DNA of 64,000 nucleotides from an uncultured Candidatus Saccharibacteria bacterium. Lineage in GTDB: Bacteria; Patescibacteriota; Minisyncoccia; Phycocordibacterales; CAIRYW01. The stretch spans positions 5,743 to 69,742 of the forward strand of contig CAYUPH010000002.1 in the NCBI GenBank assembly GCA_964446625.1, written 5' to 3'. Numbering within the stretch: the stretch's first letter is position 1; the number at the start of each line of letters is the position of its first letter. The notes beneath the pieces were generated by a model, which ran no database searches, had not been told where the DNA came from, and saw only the letters and a list, made by a program, of their open reading frames with translations. A program made the position numbers and the translations under genes. Shown in pieces: positions 1-7,817 of the stretch.

Positions 1-765
1 CGTTTTGCGCTCGACCTGGCGATCAAGCACGGCTTTACTCCGGTGACAACACCGGAACTCGCTCGTGACGAGATCATCACAGCTTCTGGATTCTCTCCGC
101 GAGGACCGGAAAGCCAGATCTACTCCCTTACGGAGGGAGATCTGAGCCTTATCGGCACCGCCGAGATCACTATCGGCGGCTACCTGGCAAAAACAGTGAT
201 TCCGGAGGAAGATCTTCCGATCAAGATCTCCGGCGTCAGCCATTGCTTCAGGACAGAAGCCGGCAGCGGTGGTCGTGAAAGCAAGGGACTCTACCGAGTG
301 CATCAGTTCAGCAAGGTCGAACTCTACCAGTTCGTGCATCCCGACAAGAGCGCAACCGCTCATGAAGAGATGCTCGCAATCGAGGAGGAGTTCTACCAAG
401 CTCTGAAGCTCCCATACCGCGTCTTGCTCATGTGCAAGGGCGATCTGGGAACCCCGGCCTATCGAAAATACGACATCGAGGCTTGGATGCCTTTCGTCGG
501 TGAAGGTGGTGGATACGGTGAAGTGACGTCCGCGTCAAACTGCACCGATTTCCAAGCGCGGCGCTTGAACACCAAGTTCAAGAACAGCACTTCTGGAAAG
601 ACTGAGTTCGTCCACACCCTTAACGGCACGGCTGTGGCTGTCACTCGAACGATGCTCGCCATCCTCGAGAACAACCAGCAGGCTGACGGGTCGGTACTCA
701 TTCCCGAAGTGTTGCATCCCTACGTTGGGGTGCAGAGCATCAAGCCCAAAAGCAAGAAATTCTGA
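1..765 (+). CDS. serS: Seryl-tRNA synthetase, 3' part (5' end outside window)
   Basis: Frame is open from base 1; class II motifs LIGTAE, CFRTEAG..GLYRVHQFSKVE, EVTSASNCTDFQARR, HTLNGTA. Confidence 0.96.
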   Translation, partial: RFALDLAIKHGFTPVTTPELARDEIITASGFSPRGPESQIYSLTEGDLSLIGTAEITIGGYLAKTVIPEEDLPIKISGVSHCFRTEAGSGGRESKGLYRVHQFSKVELYQFVHPDKSATAHEEMLAIEEEFYQALKLPYRVLLMCKGDLGTPAYRKYDIEAWMPFVGEGGGYGEVTSASNCTDFQARRLNTKFKNSTSGKTEFVHTLNGTAVAVTRTMLAILENNQQADGSVLIPEVLHPYVGVQSIKPKSKKF

Positions 766-770
766 TGGGC

Positions 771-810
771 AAGACTCTTACGTGACCAGGGTTATGTAAG
801 AGTCTTTTTT
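771..810 (+). terminator. Intrinsic terminator after serS
   Basis: Stem AAGACTCTTAC/GTAAGAGTCTT followed by a T run. Confidence 0.75.
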
Positions 811-847
811 ATTTATAATTCGCCATTTCAGCCCTATTTAACATAAT

Positions 848-1345
848 TCATCTCCAAATCCATTTGCTTTTTAGTTCGAGTGAACGTTGCATGATGTGAT
901 CACCGATCTCACCCCAGTCAAAATATTTCTTATAATCAGCGGGGTCAATAAGTTCAATCTTTGTAATATCTCCATCTGGATCATTTGTGAATGGACCAAA
1001 TGGTTCGACAATACACAATGATCTTGTCTGCGACACAACACCTTGTGGCTCTGTTATGTCCTGGCAACCAATAAAGCGTTGTCTGATGACGTTCATATTT
1101 GTCTCTTCCTTTACTTCTCGTCTTACTGCATCGGGTGCGCTTTCACCAAGCTCAACTCCGCCACCTGGTGGTGTCCAATATCCTTTCTTTTCGCTGTATA
1201 CAAGGACTAGTTTACCTTCGCAAAAACAATATGCGTGTACGCCTTGAATCTTCTTATCACCGAGATCAAGCTCACTATTGATATCGTTGTAAACAACATC
1301 TAACACTTGCCCCAATCGATTTTTTAGAGTTGACCTTATTTCCAT
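848..1345 (-). CDS. Nudix hydrolase
   Basis: Nudix box GGGVELGESAPDAVRREVKEETNM. Confidence 0.9.
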   Translation of the reverse strand: MEIRSTLKNRLGQVLDVVYNDINSELDLGDKKIQGVHAYCFCEGKLVLVYSEKKGYWTPPGGGVELGESAPDAVRREVKEETNMNVIRQRFIGCQDITEPQGVVSQTRSLCIVEPFGPFTNDPDGDITKIELIDPADYKKYFDWGEIGDHIMQRSLELKSKWIWR

Positions 1346-1365
1346 AAATCTATTTTAGCATTTTA

Positions 1366-1492
1366 CTTATATTTCCTCATCTCTTCAGCCGTAGGACGCA
1401 CTATTCCAAAGAAACCCTGCTTGATATTCGGCAACCAAATGTGGGCTTTATTCTCTTTCCAAAAGGTTCCTATTTCTCGTGCAATGTCGAGC
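1366..1492 (-). pseudogene. Possible 3' gene remnant
   Basis: About 42 open codons (LDIAREIGTFWKENKAHIWLPNIKQGFFGIVRPTAEEMRKYK*) with no convincing start before running into the 24-bp inverted repeat. Confidence 0.25.
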
Positions 1493-1548
1493 AGAAACCT
1501 CCAACAAAAAACCGTCCACCTTGAGACGGTTTTTTGTTGGAGGTTTCT
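1493..1548. terminator. 24-bp perfect inverted repeat, probable bidirectional terminator
   Basis: AGAAACCTCCAACAAAAAACCGTC - 8 nt loop - GACGGTTTTTTGTTGGAGGTTTCT, just downstream of the DUF378 gene. Confidence 0.75.
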
Positions 1549-1561
1549 TCACCGCAAAAGA

Positions 1562-1768
1562 CTATTGTCTTGCGAGTTTTGTAGAAATAGCAGCGAGGTA
1601 CACTGCAGAAAGTCCAACGAGCGCGTATACAATCCTTGAAAGCGTAGACATGTCGCCAAAGATAGTAGTCACTAGGTTAAAGTCAAAAATACCAACCAGT
1701 CCCCAATTGAGACCACCAACAATGACGAGAACTAGAGCTACCCAATCAAAAGCATTAAGTTTATTCAT
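1562..1768 (-). CDS. DUF378 family small membrane protein
   Basis: LVIVGGLNWGLVGIFDFNLV...IVYALVGLSA signature. Confidence 0.9.
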   Translation of the reverse strand: MNKLNAFDWVALVLVIVGGLNWGLVGIFDFNLVTTIFGDMSTLSRIVYALVGLSAVYLAAISTKLARQ

Positions 1769-1902
1769 TATGTTTTATGTATAAATTAATTTATTCAGTC
1801 TGCGTCTCGACCCTAGCGCAATCAGAATAATTATATCATGAACCATGCTGAAATAATGTATTGCAATAAAGTTACTAACGACTTTTTTGATATAATGTAC
1901 AC

Positions 1903-2424
1903 ATGTCACATATCAATATAGAAATAAAAGCGCGTTGTTTTAATCAAGATAGAATTAGAGAAATTCTTAAAAATGAGAACGCGGATTTTAAGGGAGTCGA
2001 TCACCAAATTGATACTTACTTTAAATCCCCTAACGGACGTCTCAAATTGCGCCAGGGCAACATAGAAAATTTTCTTATTTTTTATAATCGAGAAGATAAA
2101 GAAGGACCGAAGCAATCCGACGTCACATTACTAAAGATAGACCCTGGTAACTCGCCCAAAAATATTCTTGAACAAGCAATAGGGATACTAGTAGAAGTTG
2201 ATAAACAAAGAGAAATTTACTTTATTGGAAATATAAAATTTCACTTAGATAACGTGAAAGACCTTGGTACATTTGTTGAAGTTGAAGCAATAGACAAAGA
2301 TGGCTCAATTGGGAAAGAGAAACTACTTGAACAATGTAATGAGTATTTAAAAAAGTTCGATATAAAGGACAAAGACCTGATTTCTGTTTCTTATAGTGAT
2401 TTGTTGCTTAAAAATAATTCATAA
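1903..2424 (+). CDS. CYTH domain protein (class IV adenylate cyclase / triphosphatase family)
   Basis: N-terminal EIKAR, QIDTYF, RLKLR, FHLDNVKDLGTFVEVE, SYSDLL. Confidence 0.9.
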   Translation: MSHINIEIKARCFNQDRIREILKNENADFKGVDHQIDTYFKSPNGRLKLRQGNIENFLIFYNREDKEGPKQSDVTLLKIDPGNSPKNILEQAIGILVEVDKQREIYFIGNIKFHLDNVKDLGTFVEVEAIDKDGSIGKEKLLEQCNEYLKKFDIKDKDLISVSYSDLLLKNNS

Positions 2425-2455
2425 AATCACCTAATTTCTTTGCTATAATATACAC

Positions 2456-2758
2456 ATGATCAAAGAATACCTCGCGTACTTAAAAGACAACCCAAAGGGC
2501 TACTGGTTTAAAGCAAAGCTTTATGGCTGGGGCTGGGTGCCAGTGAAATGGCAAGGATGGGCAGTTATCCTAGTCTATATTGTGCTCGTGACTTCCTTAC
2601 TCGCAAACGTAGAAAAAGAAATTCCGGGAAATCCTGATTCGGGAACTAATTTTCTTGTTTTAGGATTGCCGATTATCCTTCTTTCTGTTCTTCTTATTAT
2701 TGTCTGTTACAAAAAAGGAGAAAAGCCTCGTTGGCAGTGGGGACCACCAAAAAAGTAA
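2456..2758 (+). CDS. Small two-TM membrane protein, Trp-rich (WFKAKLYGWGWVP)
   Basis: 100-aa ORF with two hydrophobic segments; TGcTATAAT 6 nt before the ATG. Confidence 0.8.
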   Translation: MIKEYLAYLKDNPKGYWFKAKLYGWGWVPVKWQGWAVILVYIVLVTSLLANVEKEIPGNPDSGTNFLVLGLPIILLSVLLIIVCYKKGEKPRWQWGPPKK

Positions 2759-2770
2759 TAGTCTTCCCTA

Positions 2771-3307
2771 TTACTTACAATTTTTCTCTAGATAATCAAA
2801 CAGTAACTCAAACTCTTCAGGGTGATCAACAAAGTTTTCATCTTTGTTTTCTATCATTCTTTTAAATTCAGAAATAGGTACTAATTTGACTTCTGAAACT
2901 TCTTCCTTCTGCCTTTTTATATCCTCTAGTTTAATTTCTGTCTTTAGTATATAAACAGGATTTATCTCATTGTTTATTAGAGCTCCTATTACCTGCATTT
3001 GTTTTACAACACCAATTAAAGTAAAAAAAGTTTCTGGGAAAACTAACCCAAGCTCTTCCTCTGTTTCTCGCACCGCTGAAGTAATATCACTTTCTCCTGC
3101 TGAAACATGCCCCGCCGAAGATATGTCCCACATACCAGGATTGCTTTCTTTTTGTGGAGATCTTTTTTGAATTAAAACCTGCTTATCTGGAGTAATGATC
3201 CATACATGGACAGATCTGTGCCAAAAACCTTTTTCATGGGCTTCTTTTTTAGAACTTATTGTTCCAGTTGGATTTCCTTCACTATCATATATATCTAAGT
3301 ATTCCAT
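2771..3307 (-). CDS. Nudix hydrolase, IDI/YfcD-like
   Basis: AHEKGFWHRSVHVWI, QKRS..K..PGMWDISSAGHV, AVRETEEELG. Confidence 0.9.
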   Translation of the reverse strand: MEYLDIYDSEGNPTGTISSKKEAHEKGFWHRSVHVWIITPDKQVLIQKRSPQKESNPGMWDISSAGHVSAGESDITSAVRETEEELGLVFPETFFTLIGVVKQMQVIGALINNEINPVYILKTEIKLEDIKRQKEEVSEVKLVPISEFKRMIENKDENFVDHPEEFELLFDYLEKNCK

Positions 3308-3372
3308 ATAAAGAGTATACTTTATTTGTTCTGTTTACAAAACACATGCAGAAATGTATAGTTCTGAGTAGT

Positions 3373-3636
3373 ATGATAAATCTACAATTCAGGCGGGACT
3401 TACCCAACTTCACTCTAGCTTTTAGTGACCTGGAAGCATTCAAATTGGGAGAAGTGCTCCAACACACACTTTCAGGCGAGGATCCTCCTGATGAAGAGCT
3501 AGGTGATCCGGCAGAAACAATGCCGGAGGTAGGCGATGCGATACCTTGGGAATGTGGAGTCGAGGAGGGCTGGGCGGAAGTATTGTCTACCGACCCAAAT
3601 GGTCCTACCCCATCGTTTATATGGAAAATAATATGA
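3373..3636 (+). CDS. Acidic orphan hypothetical protein (87 aa)
   Basis: ATG at 3373 follows a TTTACA..TATAGT promoter-like sequence; terminator at 3642-3678. Confidence 0.55.
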   Translation: MINLQFRRDLPNFTLAFSDLEAFKLGEVLQHTLSGEDPPDEELGDPAETMPEVGDAIPWECGVEEGWAEVLSTDPNGPTPSFIWKII

Positions 3637-3641
3637 GCAAT

Positions 3642-3678
3642 AGCCCAACGTACCATAAGTTGTATGATTGGGTTTTTT
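3642..3678 (+). terminator. Intrinsic terminator
   Basis: AGCCCAA...TTGGGTT stem with a T run. Confidence 0.5.
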
Positions 3679-4189
3679 AAATTCTTCTTATAAGCTTCCC
3701 TATCTTTTCTTCAAACACCTTTGCGTGGTAGTGCATTGGAAATGGAATAACAACTCCCTTATTTACAACATTAAAACCATCTTCTAAAAGTGGTTTTTCA
3801 AGAAGTCTGTAAATATTTGCTTTTATTAAAATTATTGGAGTTTTGGATTTTTCTTTCCCAAGAAGATTCTCTAAATCTTTTTTGAAATTATTATAATTTT
3901 GAAGTATCTTTTTATCCGCTACTTTGTCTGGAAGTTTGTTCACTGGTTCGTAGATTGGATCAACTACTATATACCCCGCCTCAGCAAACTGTCGTAGTCC
4001 CACTACTTTTGTCTCTGGGCTAAAATTTAAAAAGGTTTTCATAAAGGTTTTAAACAAAAGTTCTGAAACCCTTCCCTCCTCCTGATAAAAGTACCCCACT
4101 CCTCGCTCTGGTGGTGACTCTAGCACAAAAACTGCTTTGATTCTCCTTGGAATGTATTTGTTTCTCTCTTCTATGTAAATATTTTTCAC
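3677..4189 (-). CDS. Hypothetical protein, possibly uracil-DNA glycosylase-like fold
   Basis: 170-aa ORF; GTG start 6 nt after TGcTATAAT; VFVLESPP and C-terminal IPFP motifs; fold guess is weak. Confidence 0.7.
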   Translation of the reverse strand: MKNIYIEERNKYIPRRIKAVFVLESPPERGVGYFYQEEGRVSELLFKTFMKTFLNFSPETKVVGLRQFAEAGYIVVDPIYEPVNKLPDKVADKKILQNYNNFKKDLENLLGKEKSKTPIILIKANIYRLLEKPLLEDGFNVVNKGVVIPFPMHYHAKVFEEKIGKLIRRI

Positions 4190-4260
4190 TGAGTGATTAT
4201 AGCACTACAAAAGTTTTACTTTAGTAAAACTGTGCTATCTTTGAAGTAGACACTTTGCTT

Positions 4261-4479
4261 ATGAAAAAAAAGGCATTGCTCAGACACATTCAAGGTATAG
4301 AAAAGATTTTACACCTGCTCAGTCACCCAAATACCCACATACATGTATGCCCAAAGTGCGGAAGTGCCTGGTCTCATTCGAGCGACGAAAAAGGAGACCC
4401 AGAAAAAAAGCACACCTGTCCCACTTGTGGAACAATTGAGTATAGAGTGAGTAGGCATCTTAACCCCAGACTCTCTTAA
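4261..4479 (+). CDS. Small zinc-ribbon protein
   Basis: CPKCG...HTCPTCG pair; followed by a hairpin and T run. Confidence 0.65.
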   Translation: MKKKALLRHIQGIEKILHLLSHPNTHIHVCPKCGSAWSHSSDEKGDPEKKHTCPTCGTIEYRVSRHLNPRLS

Positions 4480-4546
4480 AAGTAAGGTGCTGGGCTTTTT
4501 TATTTTCTTAATGAAAACAAAATTTTTGTTTTGTTATAATTGTGGC

Positions 4547-5482
4547 ATGAAAAACACATTAAAATTTATTTTCTCAATTATCATCTGTCAGCTCGCGGGT
4601 GCTATTGGCGCCATTTTTACCACACCTTCAATCGATTCATGGTACGACACTTTAGTAAAACCTAGTTTTGTGCCACCCAACTCCGTTTTCGGACCGGTTT
4701 GGACCATCCTTTTTGTCCTCATGGGTATTTCACTATTTCTCATTTGGAAAAAAGGTTTAGAGAAAAGAGAAATTAAAATTGCTGTTTCCCTCTTTGCGCT
4801 TCAACTTATTTTAAACGTCCTTTGGTCATTTATCTTTTTTGGTGCACACTCACTTGTTGGCGGATTTATTGAAATTATTTTTCTCTGGCTCTCTATTCTT
4901 GTGTGTATTTTATATTTTTGGAGAATATCAAAAGGCGCATCACTCCTCCTCGTGCCTTATATTCTCTGGGTGAGTTTCGCTGGTTTTCTCAACTTCTCTC
5001 TCATCTCGCTCAACAGCGAGACGCCTCAAAACCCCTCTCCTACTACCCTTCCAGACGAAACAGACTCATGGAAAACCCTAGCGGACGAATCTTCGGGTGC
5101 GACTTTCAAATACCCAGAAAGTATTGATTTAAAATATGTAAGTCTCTTTGACTGGCCACCAAAAGTGCAAATTCTAAACAATAAATTTACGTGCACCGAA
5201 GCAGGAACATCGACTCTGCGCGGAGGACAAACAACAGAGGAGGAAATAAATGGCACAAAATTTTGTGTGACAAAAATCATGGAAGGTGCCGCTGGAAGCA
5301 CTTATACGGAGTACGCTTATGCTTTTGGAGTAGAGGACAAAACTGCAATTTTCACTTTTACTCTTCGTTCACCAAATTGCGGAAATTATGACGAGCCTCA
5401 AATGAGCGAATGTAAAGCAGAGCAAGACTCTTTTGACTTTGGACCGACTGTTTCCAAAATCGCAAAGTCTCTAAAATTCTAA
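4547..5482 (+). CDS. TspO/MBR protein fused to a Cys-containing C-terminal soluble domain
   Basis: WYDTLVKPSFVPPNSVFGPVWTILF, QLILNVLWSFIFFG, LLLVPYILWVSFA; about 150-aa extension; ATG 4547 is 6 nt after TATAAT. Confidence 0.88.
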   Translation: MKNTLKFIFSIIICQLAGAIGAIFTTPSIDSWYDTLVKPSFVPPNSVFGPVWTILFVLMGISLFLIWKKGLEKREIKIAVSLFALQLILNVLWSFIFFGAHSLVGGFIEIIFLWLSILVCILYFWRISKGASLLLVPYILWVSFAGFLNFSLISLNSETPQNPSPTTLPDETDSWKTLADESSGATFKYPESIDLKYVSLFDWPPKVQILNNKFTCTEAGTSTLRGGQTTEEEINGTKFCVTKIMEGAAGSTYTEYAYAFGVEDKTAIFTFTLRSPNCGNYDEPQMSECKAEQDSFDFGPTVSKIAKSLKF

Positions 5483-5514
5483 TCTCCCTTCCCTCGTCCA
5501 CACAAAAACCTTTC

Positions 5515-5544
5515 CTCTCTTCAAGGTTCGGCCTTGAAGAGAGG
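5515..5544. repeat. REP-like palindrome (single unit)
   Basis: CCTCTCTTCAAGG-TTCGG-CCTTGAAGAGAGG; same AAGG-N5-CCTT unit as at 5917-5989 and 7216-7281. Confidence 0.6.
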
Positions 5545-5567
5545 GTTTTATATTTAGAAATATATGT

Positions 5568-5597
5568 TTGACAATATGAATTAAAGAAAGGTATAAA
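5568..5597 (+). promoter_or_regulatory. Sigma70-type promoter of orphan gene 5632
   Basis: TTGACA-18 nt-TATAAA. Confidence 0.55.
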
Positions 5598-5631
5598 TAT
5601 CAGCGGTTCGAGAAAAAACCAACTCGGTTTC

Positions 5632-5871
5632 ATGAAAACACCTAAAATCATAGTGCGGTGGAGAAGTGGAGGAGCAGTCATTATCACCAACAAAAGGCGG
5701 CTCCGAATTGGACCCGATGATCAAATTCGAAAAGTATTTGGGGTGAAAATCATTCTCTTCAACATTTCGCGTCCTAAAAAGATTACTTACATGGGCATCC
5801 GAAAAACCAGGCGAGCAAAAATGATAAAGTTTCAGGTTAAACCTGGCCGAGATAAATTTCTTTATTTTTAG
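5632..5871 (+). CDS. Basic orphan hypothetical protein (79 aa)
   Basis: ORF between a consensus promoter and a terminator. Confidence 0.55.
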   Translation: MKTPKIIVRWRSGGAVIITNKRRLRIGPDDQIRKVFGVKIILFNISRPKKITYMGIRKTRRAKMIKFQVKPGRDKFLYF

Positions 5872-5881
5872 GCATTTTTAT

Positions 5882-5910
5882 CACGCACCTTTAGGTAGCG
5901 TGGTTTTTTT
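5882..5910 (+). terminator. Intrinsic terminator
   Basis: CACGCACCT-TT-AGGTAGCGTG followed by T7. Confidence 0.65.
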
Positions 5911-5916
5911 ATTTCA

Positions 5917-5989
5917 ATCTTCGAAGACCTCCCTTTTTGAAAACGAGCCTTATGCCAGGCCGTGGCAAAGGGCGGACCTTCGGAAGGAT
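5917..5989. repeat. REPIN-like element, copy 1 (degenerate arms)
   Basis: Core GAAAACGAGCCTTATGCCAGGCCGTGGC (5939-5966) identical to 7237-7264; flanked by imperfect inverted arms. Confidence 0.8.
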
Positions 5990-6012
5990 TTAATCTTTGA
6001 TATACTATTTTT

Positions 6013-6543
6013 ATGAAAAAAGCACTCATGATAATCGATATGCAAAAAGGTTTTCGTTTTCCTGAAACCGAATCAATAATTCCCTCAACCCAATCTCTTC
6101 GCCATCAATTTAAAGGGAGTACTATTTTTACTAAGTTTATTGATTCACCAAATTCAAACTTTGAAAAACAGCTAAACTGGACTACTTTTCAAAATAAAGA
6201 AAAACAAGAAATTTTAACAGAATTCTCTTTAAAAGACAGCGACAAAGTTTTTACACATTCGACTTATAATCCCGTTACTAATGAGCTTCTCTCTTATTTA
6301 AGTCAGAATCAAATCAAACAAGTTTTTCTTTCGGGAATATACACAGATGTCTCTGTAGCGTATGCTGCAATGACTTTTTTTGATGCAGGAATTGAAACTT
6401 TTGTCATTTCTGACTGTACAAACTCAGTACATAAAAACCAAAAAAATAAAATCCATGAATCTGCACTTGAGAGTCTTTCTCATATTCTTGGAAAAGACCA
6501 TATATTATCTTCAAAAATGGTTCTAGAAATGTATCTACCTTAG
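6013..6543 (+). CDS. Isochorismatase-family cysteine hydrolase, possibly inactive
   Basis: ALMIIDMQKGF; GIYTDVSV has Ser where the catalytic Cys is expected. Confidence 0.85.
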   Translation: MKKALMIIDMQKGFRFPETESIIPSTQSLRHQFKGSTIFTKFIDSPNSNFEKQLNWTTFQNKEKQEILTEFSLKDSDKVFTHSTYNPVTNELLSYLSQNQIKQVFLSGIYTDVSVAYAAMTFFDAGIETFVISDCTNSVHKNQKNKIHESALESLSHILGKDHILSSKMVLEMYLP

Positions 6544-6623
6544 TGTTTGTTTTTGTAAAACCTATCCAAAAGCTACTTTGAAACTTCTTTTTGGTATGTT
6601 ATTTTAGCTTCAACGTACCTTTT

Positions 6624-7178
6624 ATGATACCTAGCCCACCTACCCCACAGCCTCTTGGCGACGAAGATTTGGCACGTCTTGAAGGATGGAAGGCTTTTTT
6701 TTACCAAACATCTAGAAGATGCAAAATCGTAACTCCAACTGATGAAGGTTTCGGAGCTCTTGTTGGAAAGATTGCATCTAGAACAAGAGAACACCTGAGA
6801 ATGCAACCTCCTGACTTTTTTGAAAATTGGCCTTCATTGAAGAATATTGCTTTTCTTGTCTTATTGGACTCATCTAGGCCAAATACTCCGCCAGAGTTCC
6901 GAATTGAAGACATATTCATATTCTGTTGGGATAACATTGCATTTGCTCCCGCTTGGTATTCGTGGACCGGCGATGGTGAACTTGCACCTGATAAACTCGA
7001 ATGGTCGCTCGACGGAAGCCCGGATAAGTCGTGGAGGTCAGTTACTGCACATATCACCAAAACACTTCTGCAATACCACGCCCAGGTGCCTCCTCCGCCC
7101 TTAACAGCATATGACCTTGAAAAGCAGCGGGAGGGCATAGATTTTTTTGGGGATATGCTCACTGAAAAGCCGAACTAG
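6624..7178 (+). CDS. Orphan hypothetical protein (Pro/Trp-rich)
   Basis: Long ORF, ATG at 6624, own terminator. Confidence 0.65.
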   Translation: MIPSPPTPQPLGDEDLARLEGWKAFFYQTSRRCKIVTPTDEGFGALVGKIASRTREHLRMQPPDFFENWPSLKNIAFLVLLDSSRPNTPPEFRIEDIFIFCWDNIAFAPAWYSWTGDGELAPDKLEWSLDGSPDKSWRSVTAHITKTLLQYHAQVPPPPLTAYDLEKQREGIDFFGDMLTEKPN

Positions 7179-7182
7179 ACTC

Positions 7183-7208
7183 AACCACCCTAACCGGTGG
7201 TTTTTTTT
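7183..7208 (+). terminator. Intrinsic terminator
   Basis: AACCACC-CTAACC-GGTGGTT plus T run. Confidence 0.7.
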
Positions 7209-7215
7209 ATTCCCC

Positions 7216-7281
7216 TCTTCAAGGACCGCCCTTGTCGAAAACGAGCCTTATGCCAGGCCGTGGCGAAGGGCGGTCCTTGAA
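7216..7281. repeat. REPIN-like element, copy 2 (perfect 16-bp arms)
   Basis: TTCAAGGACCGCCCTT (7218-7233) and AAGGGCGGTCCTTGAA (7266-7281) enclose the shared 28-nt core. Confidence 0.85.
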
Positions 7282-7337
7282 AAAAAGATTTGGAAAGGAG
7301 ATAAAAATATGCGCAAAGGTTTTGGTATACTTTAAAT

Positions 7338-7817
7338 ATGAAAAAGGTTTTGACACTGTGTCTTCCAATTCGCGATGGCAAGGTACTCCTTGGAATGAAG
7401 AAGCGCGGATTTGGTGCGTGTTCTTGGAACGGATTTGGTGGAAAAGTTGAAGAAGGTGAAAGTATAGAAGAAGCTGCGCATCGAGAATTAGAAGAAGAAT
7501 CAGGAATCACCGAAGCAACTCTTCTCCCTGCTGGAACTTTGGAATTTGTTTTTAAAGATAGCGACGCACACCTTGAGGTACATGTGTTTAAGACGGAAGA
7601 ATTTTTGGGAAACGGAATTGAAACTGAAGAGATGTCACCAAAGTGGTTTCCTTTTTCTGAAATTCCATTTGAACAAATGTGGTCCGACGACAAATATTGG
7701 TTTCCTCTGCTTCTCGAGGGAAAGAAATTTAAAAGTAGTTTTGTTTTTGATGAACCAAGTTCAACTACCAAGAAAGGTGAAATTGTTTCTTATGTTTTAA
7801 ATGAAATAAATGATTAA
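7338..7817 (+). CDS. Nudix hydrolase, MTH1/8-oxo-dGTPase-like
   Basis: LLGMKKRGFG..WNGFGGKVEEGESIEEAAHRELEEESG, ETEEMSPKWF, MWSDDKYWFP. Confidence 0.92.
   Translation: MKKVLTLCLPIRDGKVLLGMKKRGFGACSWNGFGGKVEEGESIEEAAHRELEEESGITEATLLPAGTLEFVFKDSDAHLEVHVFKTEEFLGNGIETEEMSPKWFPFSEIPFEQMWSDDKYWFPLLLEGKKFKSSFVFDEPSSTTKKGEIVSYVLNEIND

Noticed and set aside
3285-3656. 123-aa minus-strand Ser-rich ORF
   Set aside because: Mirror of the plus-strand ORF 3373-3636, which has the promoter and terminator
5917-7281. CRISPR array or integron attC interpretation of the repeats
   Set aside because: Only two full copies 1.3 kb apart, no regular spacers, no cas or intI gene, and no RYYYAAC/GTTRRRY ends
7147-7771. 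ORFs crossing the REPIN-like element (7147+, 7190-, 7232+)
   Set aside because: They overlap the Nudix gene or the palindrome and have no protein-like features
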